In this document: one piece after another, positions 39,474 to 48,637 of the stretch
How the letters are laid out: the number at the start of each line of letters is the position of its first letter
Position numbering within the stretch: the stretch's first letter is position 1
Assembly (NCBI GenBank): GCA_964515075.1
Contig: CAZETE010000003.1
Location: forward strand, 14,254 to 78,253
Source: an uncultured Actinomycetota bacterium
GTDB lineage: Bacteria; Actinomycetota; Geothermincolia; Geothermincolales; Geothermincolaceae
Reading direction: 5' to 3'
Length of the DNA stretch: 64,000 nucleotides
Notes under the pieces: generated by a model
Seen by the model: the letters and a program-made list of their open reading frames with translations, nothing else
The model's database searches: none
What the model was told of the DNA's origin: nothing
Translations under genes and position numbers: made by a program

Positions 39474-41102
39474 CTACTTGCGGCCGAAGCGCTCCTGCAG
39501 CCGCTTGAGCCTCTCCCGCTTCTCCGGCGCCACCCGCTCCCAGTCGGGGTCCCGCTCGTCCGTGTACATGCCGGTATCGGAGACGCCGCCCGGGTCGAAG
39601 GCCGCCAGGACCTTCTTCTGCCACTCGTTGAAGTCGTACGCGAGGGGCGAGATGAACTTGCGGGCCACCGGGGTGAAGGCGGCCAGGGGCACGTTGCACT
39701 GCTCGATGGCGGCCAGGGTGGTGTCGAAGCCCAGCGGGTCCAGGGACTCCCGGTGCCTCCGCAGGCGCTGGTCGTAGAAGTAGATGGTCTCGCAGTGGCC
39801 GAAGAGGTTGTTCTCGAACTGGACGATGTAGGGGTTCTCCCCCCCGTCGTCGATCATCCTCCCGTCCCGGATGTAGGACTCCTTGGGCCCCTGCATGGCG
39901 TGGGTCCAGGCGTACTGGGAGTCGCTGGCCTCGTTGCCGTCCAAGTTGGTGGCGAACATGTTGCCAAAGCGGAAGACGGTGGCGAAGATGGTGCAGCGCA
40001 GCATGTTGTTGCCCATCAGCTTGCGCACCGGCTCGATCTTTCCCATGTCCATGACGATGCCCCCCAGCCCGTCGACGATCTCGTTGAGCACCGCCTCCTG
40101 ATAGGCCAGCTCGTCCGGGGAGCCGCCCACCAGCATGACCATGAAGGGGTGGGAGACGCAGGCGTTGGCCAGGTCCAGGATGGCCTGGCCCTTCTTCACC
40201 AGCTTCTGGAAGAGGTGGGGCATGATCAGCAGGATGAACTCGGTGGTGACCATGCGGGTGAAGAGGTAGCCGATCTCCGCCTCCCCCAGCTTGTAGACGG
40301 CGTCGGTGCAGGCCTGCTCGCTTCCGAAGCCGCAGTTGTAGAGGCGGCAGCAGTCGGGCAGGGCGGTGGTGGAGTCGAGGATGAGGCCCCCGCCCTCGAT
40401 GAACTCCGGCCCCGGCCAGTCGAAGAGCCGCACCGCCGCCTTGGTGAAGACCCCGAAGCCCCCGAAGGCGCCGGAGGTGCCGCGCACGATGCCGCGCAGG
40501 GAGGGCCCGGGGCCGTCGCCGGTGAACCAGCCGGCGCCGGAGCCCAGCGATCCCAGGCGCAGCACCTCGCCGTTGGGCAGGACCCATTCCACCCCCAGCA
40601 GGTTGCGGGAGGAGGTGCTCATGTACAGGCTGTCGTTGCCGCAGCCGTGCATGGAGGTGGCCCCGGCCAGGGGGGAGCAGTGCGGCCCCGCCCCCACGAT
40701 GTGGGTGTTGAGGCCGTGCTTGAAGGCCTCCGCCTGCAGCTCGCCGCCGCAGACGTAGGGCTCCACCACCGCGATCATGTTCTCCTCATCGATCTCCAGG
40801 ATGCGGTCCATGCGCCGCAGGTCCAGGATGACCTCGTCGTCGTAGGCGGGGCCGTTGTGCGCCCCCCACCCGGTGGAGATGGCCTTGTACTTCAGGCCGT
40901 GGGCGTTGCAGGCCCGCACCACCGCCTGCACCTCCTCGGTGGAGCCGGGCAGCGTCACCGCCGCCGGGCGCTTGACCCAGAGGTCCTCGGTCATGTTGAG
41001 GAAGGGCTGCCAGGCGTAGCTGTCCAGCATGGCCGGCTCGCGGGTGACGTTGTCCCCGCCCACCGCCTCTTCCAACGCGCGGTATGCCTCCTCGGTTATC
41101 AT
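39474..41102 (-). CDS. FAD-binding oxidoreductase (VAO/GlcD-like FAD_binding_4)
   Basis: PAAVTLPGSTEEVQAVV, ILDLRRMDRILEID, VEPYV, GVEWVLPNGEV, G.FGVFTK, AFDPGG. Confidence 0.85.
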   Translation of the reverse strand: MITEEAYRALEEAVGGDNVTREPAMLDSYAWQPFLNMTEDLWVKRPAAVTLPGSTEEVQAVVRACNAHGLKYKAISTGWGAHNGPAYDDEVILDLRRMDRILEIDEENMIAVVEPYVCGGELQAEAFKHGLNTHIVGAGPHCSPLAGATSMHGCGNDSLYMSTSSRNLLGVEWVLPNGEVLRLGSLGSGAGWFTGDGPGPSLRGIVRGTSGAFGGFGVFTKAAVRLFDWPGPEFIEGGGLILDSTTALPDCCRLYNCGFGSEQACTDAVYKLGEAEIGYLFTRMVTTEFILLIMPHLFQKLVKKGQAILDLANACVSHPFMVMLVGGSPDELAYQEAVLNEIVDGLGGIVMDMGKIEPVRKLMGNNMLRCTIFATVFRFGNMFATNLDGNEASDSQYAWTHAMQGPKESYIRDGRMIDDGGENPYIVQFENNLFGHCETIYFYDQRLRRHRESLDPLGFDTTLAAIEQCNVPLAAFTPVARKFISPLAYDFNEWQKKVLAAFDPGGVSDTGMYTDERDPDWERVAPEKRERLKRLQERFGRK

Positions 41103-42391
41103 GCCGGCACCTCCTCTCCGCCCTCCTGCTCCCCCTCGACCGAGCGCAGGACCAGTTCGGCCAGGTCATATATCTTCAGGTTGTAACCGTTCTCCGCCGC
41201 CGCGTCGCGGAAGACCCGCTCGCACCACGGGCAGGCGGTGACCAGGGCCTCCGCCCCGGTGGCCAGGGCCTCCTGCAGCCGCTCGGCCGCGGTCCAGACG
41301 GCGAAATCGGGGAAGGCGTCGATGACCCCGCCGCCCGCCCCGCAGCACCAGGACCACTCGCGGATGCGCTCCATCTCGCGCAGTTCCACCCCGGGCAGCG
41401 CCCGCAGCACGCGCCGCGGCTCCTCGTAGACGCCGCGCCTGCCGGTGCGGCTCTGGCAGCGCAGGCGCTGGCGCTTGTCCCCCTCCCACTCGGGCAGGAA
41501 GGGCTCGCCCATGCGCCCCAGGTGGCAGGGGTCGTGCCAGGTGACCACGAGGTCCTGGGCATGGCGCGGCCGGAGCTTCCCCTGCTCGATGAGGCGGTCG
41601 AGGAGCTGCACCAGGTGGACCGGCTCGGCGGAGAGCTCGATGCCCATGCGCGGGTAGAGGTGGCGGAAGGCGGCGAACCCGTCGGAGCACGGGGCGAGCA
41701 GCAGCGAGGCGCCGGAGGCCTTCACCCTGGCCTGCAGGTCCTCGGCGAAGTTGCGGGCCTCGCCGCGGTAGCCCAGTTCGTAGGCGCGCCCGCCGCAGCA
41801 GGACTCCTCCGCCCCGGCGATGCCCACGTCCAGCCCGGCTCCGAGCAGCAGGCGGACGGCCCCGCGCAGGGCCGGCCAGAGTTCCCGGTCGTAGGAGAAA
41901 CGGCACCCGGCGTGGAGCATCACGTCCACCTTCTCCCGGTTGATGTCCTTCAATCCCAGGCCTTCCGCCCAGGCCCCCCGCTCGGCCTTGGGCTCGCCGA
42001 GCATGTTGTTCTCCTGCTTCAAGGCGTCGATCACCGCCATGTGCTCCAGCAGCAGCTGGCCGTCCTCCACGCACTTGCCCCGCATCTCCAGCAGCACCTC
42101 GGTCAAGTCGATGATCTCCCGGTAGGTCTTGCAGGTGACGTCGCAGGCCCCGCAGAGCTGGCAGGAGTAGATGACCTCGGAGACCCTCTCGGTGAGCTGG
42201 CTGCGGCCCTCGGTGATGGAGAGGCCCATGTTCATGCGGCCGGAGCCGGAGAAGGAGTGGAAGTTGAAGCGGTTGATGGAGGGGCAGTTGCGGGAGAAGC
42301 GGGAGCTGCGCATCTGGTTGAAGGGGATCCACTTGCAGGAAGAACAGCGCATGCAGGCGGCCATGTCCTCGCGGTAGTCCTCGAGCGCCAT
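41099..42391 (-). CDS. Fe-S/CCG-domain protein (GlpC/GlcF/HdrD-like)
   Basis: CMRCSSC, CQLCGACDVTC; two CCG domains (HAGC..ESCCG..CSDG; HDPCHLGR..WCCGAGG..ACPWC). Confidence 0.9.
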   Translation of the reverse strand: MALEDYREDMAACMRCSSCKWIPFNQMRSSRFSRNCPSINRFNFHSFSGSGRMNMGLSITEGRSQLTERVSEVIYSCQLCGACDVTCKTYREIIDLTEVLLEMRGKCVEDGQLLLEHMAVIDALKQENNMLGEPKAERGAWAEGLGLKDINREKVDVMLHAGCRFSYDRELWPALRGAVRLLLGAGLDVGIAGAEESCCGGRAYELGYRGEARNFAEDLQARVKASGASLLLAPCSDGFAAFRHLYPRMGIELSAEPVHLVQLLDRLIEQGKLRPRHAQDLVVTWHDPCHLGRMGEPFLPEWEGDKRQRLRCQSRTGRRGVYEEPRRVLRALPGVELREMERIREWSWCCGAGGGVIDAFPDFAVWTAAERLQEALATGAEALVTACPWCERVFRDAAAENGYNLKIYDLAELVLRSVEGEQEGGEEVPA

Positions 42392-42392
42392 G

Positions 42393-43904
42393 TCACTCAC
42401 CTCCCCCGCTGCCGATGAAGCAGAGCTTGCCCCGGTTGAGCACGCCGTCGGGGTCGAAGACCTTCTTCAGCTCGCGCAGGGCGTAGACGGTGTCGGGGCA
42501 GCGGTCGTAGGCCGGCCCGGTCCAGGGCTCGTGGGGGCGGGAGAAGAAGGCCCCCGCCTCCGCCAGGGACGCCGCGGCGTCCCGCGCCAGCGCGCCCGCC
42601 CGCGCCGCGCCCTCTTCATCTGACGGGTTGTAGAAAATCTGGAACTCCAGGTGGCAGGAGCTCCCCTGGCGGATGGGCTGGACGTAGAGGCCCAGGTCCT
42701 CTTCGGGGAAGCCGTGCCGCGCGGCCGCCTCCCCCATCGCGGCGGTGAAGGCGGGCACGCGGTCCAGGGTGGTGAGGAAGAAGACCTCCCGGCAGCCGCC
42801 CAGCGGGCGCAGCTTCCACCAGGCCTCGCCGCTGTCCGCGCCGGGACCCTCCAGTTCCCGGGCCAGGCGGGACGCGTCGATGCCGGGAAGCTCCCGCGAC
42901 GGGGCCAGTCCCGCGGCGCGGGCGGCGGCGCCCAGGTCCTTCTCCTGGTAGGCCAGCCTGCGCTCCGGCAGGTAGCCGGAGAGCCCCGACACGGCGTAGA
43001 TCAGCGTGTAGGGGGCCTGGCGCGCGGCGCAGGCGGCGACGTCCTCCCGGCTCCCGCCCGCCAGCGCGGCCAGGGAGCGCGGGCCGAGGACCAGCAGCTC
43101 GTCGCCCAGCCGCCGCTTGCAGGCCTCCCGGATGAAGCCCCGGAGTCCCTCGAATCCCTCCGCGGCGATGAAGTAGAAACGGCGGATGGAGGGCTTGAGC
43201 TCCAGCTTGACCGTCCCCCAGGTGACCAGCCCCAGGGTGCCCTGCGACCCCTGCACCAGCTTGCCCAGGTCGGAAGAGGCGGGGCCCATGGGGTTCTTCT
43301 GGGCGTTGCCCAGCGCCCACTGGTCCTCCAGCGTGCCCGGCCCGGCGGCCGACCCGGTGCGGAAGACGTCGCCGGTGCCGAAGATCACCTCCATGCAGAG
43401 CAGGGGGTCGGTGGAATCCCAGTGGTACTTGGGGATAAGGAAGGGCTCGCGCTCCAGGCAGCTGGCCAGCACCGATTTGCCGGGGCGGGGAGCCAGCGGG
43501 GAGAGCACGCGCAGGCCCTCCCCTTCCGCCGCGGCGCGCAGGGCGGGGAAGGTCACCCCGGGCTCCACCAGGGCCACGCGGTTGCGCCGGTCCAGGCGGA
43601 CGATGCGGTCCATGCCCGAGAAGTCGACCACCACCCCCGGCGCGGCGGGGACGGAGCCGCCCTTGCGGTGGGGGGCTGCGGAGGAGACCGGCACCAGGTT
43701 GAGGCCCTCGGCGCGGGCCAGCCCGACCAGCGGCGGCAGCTGCTCGGCCGCGGAGGGGCGGACCACGCAGAGGGGCTCGCCGGCGGCGCCGTCCCAGGCG
43801 GCCCGGGCGTGCGCCGCGAGGGACGCGGCGTCGGTGGACAGGGCATCCGTTCCCAGCAGTCCTTCCAGCCGGTCCAGGACCTTCTTCTCCAGCGACTTAC
43901 TCAT
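42393..43904 (-). CDS. Second FAD-binding oxidoreductase (VAO/GlcD/GlcE-like)
   Basis: VVRPSAAEQ, VVVDFSGMDRI, VEPGVT, MEVIFGTGDV, GSQGTLGLVT, LKKVFDPDGVLNRG; start reset to ATG 43904. Confidence 0.85.
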   Translation of the reverse strand: MSKSLEKKVLDRLEGLLGTDALSTDAASLAAHARAAWDGAAGEPLCVVRPSAAEQLPPLVGLARAEGLNLVPVSSAAPHRKGGSVPAAPGVVVDFSGMDRIVRLDRRNRVALVEPGVTFPALRAAAEGEGLRVLSPLAPRPGKSVLASCLEREPFLIPKYHWDSTDPLLCMEVIFGTGDVFRTGSAAGPGTLEDQWALGNAQKNPMGPASSDLGKLVQGSQGTLGLVTWGTVKLELKPSIRRFYFIAAEGFEGLRGFIREACKRRLGDELLVLGPRSLAALAGGSREDVAACAARQAPYTLIYAVSGLSGYLPERRLAYQEKDLGAAARAAGLAPSRELPGIDASRLARELEGPGADSGEAWWKLRPLGGCREVFFLTTLDRVPAFTAAMGEAAARHGFPEEDLGLYVQPIRQGSSCHLEFQIFYNPSDEEGAARAGALARDAAASLAEAGAFFSRPHEPWTGPAYDRCPDTVYALRELKKVFDPDGVLNRGKLCFIGSGGGE

Positions 43905-44301
43905 GGGCGCACCCCCCCGCCTCGTAGCGGCTCGCATAGGGGGCGGAGCGGGCGCAGCCGGGCTCCGAGGAGAGCGCCTTCACCAGGCGCGCCTGCATCA
44001 GCGCGACCAGGCGCCGCCGCACCGCGGGCAGGCTCAGGAGCTTCGCCTGCAGGCGGGTCATGGCCTCGTTCACCGCCAGGCGCAGGGCCAGCCCCGACCA
44101 CTTCTCCACCGCGGAGTTGATCCTGGCGATGGTCTCCTCGCTCGCCCCGTCCAGGCGCATCAGGACGTCCTCGAAGTCCAGGCCCAGTTCGCCCATGGCC
44201 CCCTCCAGGGCATCGCCCAGCATGGCGGAGGCCATGTCCCCCAATCCGTACTTGTAGTTCAAGCGCATGAAGGCGAAAGCCCGCCTCGTATCCAGGCTCA
44301 T
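43897..44301 (-). CDS. Hypothetical helical protein (134 aa)
   Basis: SD plus ATG; overlaps both neighbours; no recognisable motif. Confidence 0.65.
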   Translation of the reverse strand: MSLDTRRAFAFMRLNYKYGLGDMASAMLGDALEGAMGELGLDFEDVLMRLDGASEETIARINSAVEKWSGLALRLAVNEAMTRLQAKLLSLPAVRRRLVALMQARLVKALSSEPGCARSAPYASRYEAGGCAHE

Positions 44302-45125
44302 GTGGCACTCCCTTCCTCCGTCCGGCGGCGCTGCCGGAAGTCCTTTAAGTATCTCCTTCCCATGCCGTCCCGGCCGACCAGCACGTCGGCGGCGAGGACG
44401 GCCTGCACGATGCCGGGCTCCAGCGGGTTGACGATGGCCGCGGTGAGCCCGGCCTCCACCGCCATGGCCAGGAAGGCGGCGTTGAGCAGGTTGCGGGTGG
44501 GCATGCCGAAGCTTACGTTGGACGCGCCCAGCACCGTTCCCGCCCCCAGCTCAGCGGCTGCGCGGATGCACTCCAGGGTGAGGCGGGCCGACCCCGTCTC
44601 GGTGGCCACCGGCAGGGTGAGGAAGTCGATGAGGACGCGTCCCGGTTCGATACCGTACCTCCCCGCCCGCTCGACGATGCGGCGGGCGATGTCCAGGCGG
44701 CCTCGCGCGTCGGCGGGTATGCCGGCGCGGTCCTTGGCCATGCCGATGACCACGGCGCGGCGTTCGGCGGCGGCCGGCAGCACCGTCTCCAGGCTGTCGT
44801 CGTCGCCGGTGACCGAGTTGACCAGGCTGCCCTCGGGCAGGACGGCCAGGGCGGCGCTCAGGGCGGCGGGGTCGGAGGAGTCGGCGCACACCGCCAGTCC
44901 GGTGACTCGGTGCACCTCCAGTGCCAGCCGCGGCAGCAGTTCCGCCTCGTCCACCCCCGGCGCGCCGACGTTGACGTCGATGACGTCCGCGCCCGCCTGC
45001 GCCTGGGCCGAGGCCTCCGCCAGGGCCATCTCCAGGCCGCCCCCGGCCAGCTCCGCCGCCAGCTTCGGCCTCCCGGTGGGATTGATCCTTTCCCCGATGA
45101 TGATGGTATGCCCGTCCGCCTCCAT
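44298..45125 (-). CDS. Pterin-binding methyltransferase (MT2; methyl-THF:corrinoid, AcsE/MetH pterin-domain type)
   Basis: IIGERINPT, AGADVIDVN, DSS, NSV, LGASNVSFG, GLTAAIVNP; start reset to ATG 45125 (GGAGG SD). Confidence 0.9.
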   Translation of the reverse strand: MEADGHTIIIGERINPTGRPKLAAELAGGGLEMALAEASAQAQAGADVIDVNVGAPGVDEAELLPRLALEVHRVTGLAVCADSSDPAALSAALAVLPEGSLVNSVTGDDDSLETVLPAAAERRAVVIGMAKDRAGIPADARGRLDIARRIVERAGRYGIEPGRVLIDFLTLPVATETGSARLTLECIRAAAELGAGTVLGASNVSFGMPTRNLLNAAFLAMAVEAGLTAAIVNPLEPGIVQAVLAADVLVGRDGMGRRYLKDFRQRRRTEEGSAT

Positions 45126-45148
45126 AACCTCCCTACCTCCGTTCCACG

Positions 45149-45310
45149 ATTTGGGGTCAGGCCCCAAATTCAGTTTTTCCGCCTCCAACGGCATGGATGA
45201 CCCGCTTCACGTCTGGAAAGTGAAATTTGGGGCCTGCTCTGGAAATGCGACGTTTTCATCCTTCCGTGGTGCCGCGTGGCGCGGCATGAACGACTGACCC
45301 CAAATTCAGT
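45149..45310. repeat. Composite REP-like element (GGGGTCAG family) inside the methyltransferase gene run
   Basis: ATTTGGGG-TCAGG-CCCCAAAT hairpin at 45149-45169; 45216-45301 is the near-exact reverse complement of 6609-6693. Confidence 0.85.
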
Positions 45311-45931
<621 letters not shown>

Positions 45932-45937
45932 GGTCCC

Positions 45938-46579
45938 TTACTCCTTTCCGCTGAAGTCCTTAACGAACCTGACCGCGTCCATGGCGTCGTTGCTCCAGGC
46001 GTCCGCCCCCGCGTACTCGCAGAGGCGCCCGGAGGCGGCGCCGCCTCCCAGCATTATCCTCACCCGCCCGCGCAGGCCGGCCCGCTCGAGCTCGGAAACC
46101 GTCTCCAGGATGGGCTCGTAAGCCACGGTGAGCAGCACGCTCATGCCCACCACCGCCGCGCCCGACTCCTCCACCGCCCGCACGAAGCGCGCGGGGGCGA
46201 CGCTCACCCCCAGGTCGAGCACCTTATAGCCCGAGCAGAGCAGGAGCATGGTGACGATGTCCTTGCCGATGTCGTGCACGTCGCCCAGGGGCGCCCCCAT
46301 GATCACCGGGACCTCCTCCCCCGTCCCCCCGGGCACGAAGCCGCCGGATCCCTCCAATAAGGACATCACTTCCTTGAAGATCTCTCCCGACATGATCAGG
46401 GCGCTCAGGTAATACTCCCGGCGTTCGTACTTCTCCCCCACCACCTCCATGCCCCGGCGGCAGACGTCGATGATCCCCAGGGGCTCCGCGCCCGCCGCGA
46501 GCATGCGCCGGACCGTCCCGAGGACCCGCTCCTCCTCCAGGTCGACCATGGCCTCGAGCAACGCGTCTTCCAAGCGCAT
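45938..46579 (-). CDS. Corrinoid (B12-binding) methyl-carrier protein 2
   Basis: GDVHDIGKDIV, DLGVSV, GMSVLL, LGGG. Confidence 0.92.
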   Translation of the reverse strand: MRLEDALLEAMVDLEEERVLGTVRRMLAAGAEPLGIIDVCRRGMEVVGEKYERREYYLSALIMSGEIFKEVMSLLEGSGGFVPGGTGEEVPVIMGAPLGDVHDIGKDIVTMLLLCSGYKVLDLGVSVAPARFVRAVEESGAAVVGMSVLLTVAYEPILETVSELERAGLRGRVRIMLGGGAASGRLCEYAGADAWSNDAMDAVRFVKDFSGKE

Positions 46580-46592
46580 CTCCCCTCCCCCT

Positions 46593-47369
46593 TCAGGTGG
46601 TCCTCTTCAGGGAGCCGAAACTGAAACGGTCGCCGCGCAGCAGCAGCCAGCCCCAGATCACCCGCAGGTCCCGGGCCGCGTAGATCAGCTGCTCCAGGCA
46701 GAAGGCCGGCGCCCCGGCCCGGCTGTCCAGCAGCCCCGCCTCCCGCTCGCCCAGGACGGTGGCGGTGAGGGCGAGGTCGGAGCGGACCGGCGCGTACTTC
46801 GGGCGCCGGGCGAAGATCTCCGGGACGGTCTCGTGGCCCAGCTCCGCCTCCAGCAGCGGCTGGGTGTGGTCGTAGAGCATGTACTTGCGGTCGAAGACCA
46901 GGGGCTCGCCGCCGCCCTCCAGCACCCTCTCCAGGTAGATGACCCGCCTGCCCCGCTTGACCCCCAGCTTCTGCGCCGGCACCTTTCCCGCCGGGACCAG
47001 CTTCACCCCCAGCAGGCGCACGCGGGAATCGGCGCCCTGGGCCCGCATCTCCTCGTGGAAGTCGGGGATGAAGAAGAGGCCGCCCTCGGTGCGGGGGTTG
47101 ACCACGAAGGTGCCGCGCCCCTGCTCGCTGCGGAGCAGCCCCCCTTCGATGAGCAGCGAGATGGCGCGGCGCACGGTCATGCGCGAGAGCCCGAAGGCCT
47201 CGCCCAGTTCGTGCTCGGAAGGGATGCGCTCGCCCGGCCGCAGCCTCCCCTTGAGGATGCCCTCCTCGATGAGCTGGCCCAGCTGGACGTAGGCGGGGAC
47301 GTAGGAGGCCTCGTCGATGCCGCCCAGCTCCCGCAGCGCCGTCCCCGCCGCCTGTCTGCCTTCTCCCAT
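46593..47369 (-). CDS. GntR-family regulator, HutC/UTRA subfamily
   Basis: PAYVQL..IPSEHEL..SRMTVRRAI..QGRGTFV winged helix; C-terminal UTRA-like domain. Confidence 0.92.
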   Translation of the reverse strand: MGEGRQAAGTALRELGGIDEASYVPAYVQLGQLIEEGILKGRLRPGERIPSEHELGEAFGLSRMTVRRAISLLIEGGLLRSEQGRGTFVVNPRTEGGLFFIPDFHEEMRAQGADSRVRLLGVKLVPAGKVPAQKLGVKRGRRVIYLERVLEGGGEPLVFDRKYMLYDHTQPLLEAELGHETVPEIFARRPKYAPVRSDLALTATVLGEREAGLLDSRAGAPAFCLEQLIYAARDLRVIWGWLLLRGDRFSFGSLKRTT

Positions 47370-47392
47370 CCTCCGCCCGCCTTCCTCCTGCC

Positions 47393-47430
47393 TTGACAAC
47401 CGCCGCTGATTTGTATATATGTATATACAA
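47393..47430 (+). promoter_or_regulatory. Sigma70-type promoter with overlapping HutC-type operator
   Basis: TTGACA 47393-47398; perfect inverted repeat TTGTATATA-TG-TATATACAA 47411-47430 containing GTATATAC (matches the HutC consensus GTMTAKAC). Confidence 0.75.
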
Positions 47431-47475
47431 GTTATAGCAACGGGAGGCTAGGCTGTCAAGCCGGGGAAGGGGAGG

Positions 47476-48621
47476 ATGAACATGACCGTGATGACCTCGA
47501 GGGAACGGATCGATACGGCGGTCCGGCTGGGCAAGCCGGACCGCGTGCCGGTGGCGCCCATGATGGACGTCTTCGCCGCCCGCTATTCCGGAGTCACCCA
47601 GCACGACATGATCTTCGACATCCGCCAGTCCGACCGGGCCTTCACCCAGGTCCACCGGGAGCTGGGGCCCATCGACGGCTTCAACATGTCCAACGCCGGC
47701 CTGGGCGGCCTGGTCAACGCCCTGGCCATCGTCCCCCCTATCATCCCCGGCGTGGACGGGGTGGACGAGAACGCCCTCTGGCAGTTCGTGGAGAAGACGG
47801 TGATGGACGGGGAGGAATACCCCGCCCTGGCCGCGAACCCGGATGTCTTCATGCGCGACAAGGCCATCGCCAACCGCCCCGACCTCAAGGGCAAGGCCGA
47901 CTTCTATTTCTTCAAGGTGAAGGGGCAGCTGGGCGTCTTCAGGGTGCTGCTCTCCTGCCGCAGCTGGCGCAAGCGCGGAGTAGAGCCCATGGTGGGGGCG
48001 AACATCATCCTCTTCCCCCTGGAGACCATCTCCACCATGCTCCGCTCCTACACCGACTTCGTCACCGACCTCTACCGCCACGGCCCCGAGTTGAAGAAGG
48101 CCGCCCGGGCCATGCTGGAGACCTGGTTCCCCAAGTGCCTGGCGGGCCCGAAGATCTCCGGGGTGAGGCGCGCCTTCATCGGGCTCACCCGCACCAGCGC
48201 CTCCCTGATGTCGCCCCGGCAGTTCGAGGAGTTCGCCCTGGAGGACCTGCTCTACCTGTGCCGCTACCTCCTCGACCACGACGTCACCCCCCTGCTCCAC
48301 CTGGACAACGACTGGACCCCCTTCCTGCACTACTTCAAGGAACTGCCCCGCGGCAGGTGCATCTGCAACCTCGACTCCGCCACCGACATCTTCGCCGCCA
48401 AGGAGATCCTGGACGGCCACATGTGCATCATGGGGGACGTGCCGGCCACCCTGCTCAAACTGGCGGAGCCGGCGGAGGTGGAGGCCTACTGCGAGCGCCT
48501 CATCCGAGAGGTCGGGGCGGACGGGGGGTTCATCCTCGCCTCCGGCTGCGACATCCCCATCGACGCCAAGCCGGAGAACGTCCGGGCCATGCTGCAATCC
48601 GTCGGAAAGTTCAATCCCTAG
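47476..48621 (+). CDS. URO-D-family TIM-barrel protein, likely substrate:corrinoid methyltransferase (MT1) A
   Basis: SRERI..A...PDRVPV, MSPRQFEEF, LHLD, IMGDVP, GFILASGCDIP..AKPENV; next to corrinoid proteins. Confidence 0.8.
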   Translation: MNMTVMTSRERIDTAVRLGKPDRVPVAPMMDVFAARYSGVTQHDMIFDIRQSDRAFTQVHRELGPIDGFNMSNAGLGGLVNALAIVPPIIPGVDGVDENALWQFVEKTVMDGEEYPALAANPDVFMRDKAIANRPDLKGKADFYFFKVKGQLGVFRVLLSCRSWRKRGVEPMVGANIILFPLETISTMLRSYTDFVTDLYRHGPELKKAARAMLETWFPKCLAGPKISGVRRAFIGLTRTSASLMSPRQFEEFALEDLLYLCRYLLDHDVTPLLHLDNDWTPFLHYFKELPRGRCICNLDSATDIFAAKEILDGHMCIMGDVPATLLKLAEPAEVEAYCERLIREVGADGGFILASGCDIPIDAKPENVRAMLQSVGKFNP

Positions 48622-48637
48622 GCAGGAAAGGACGGCC

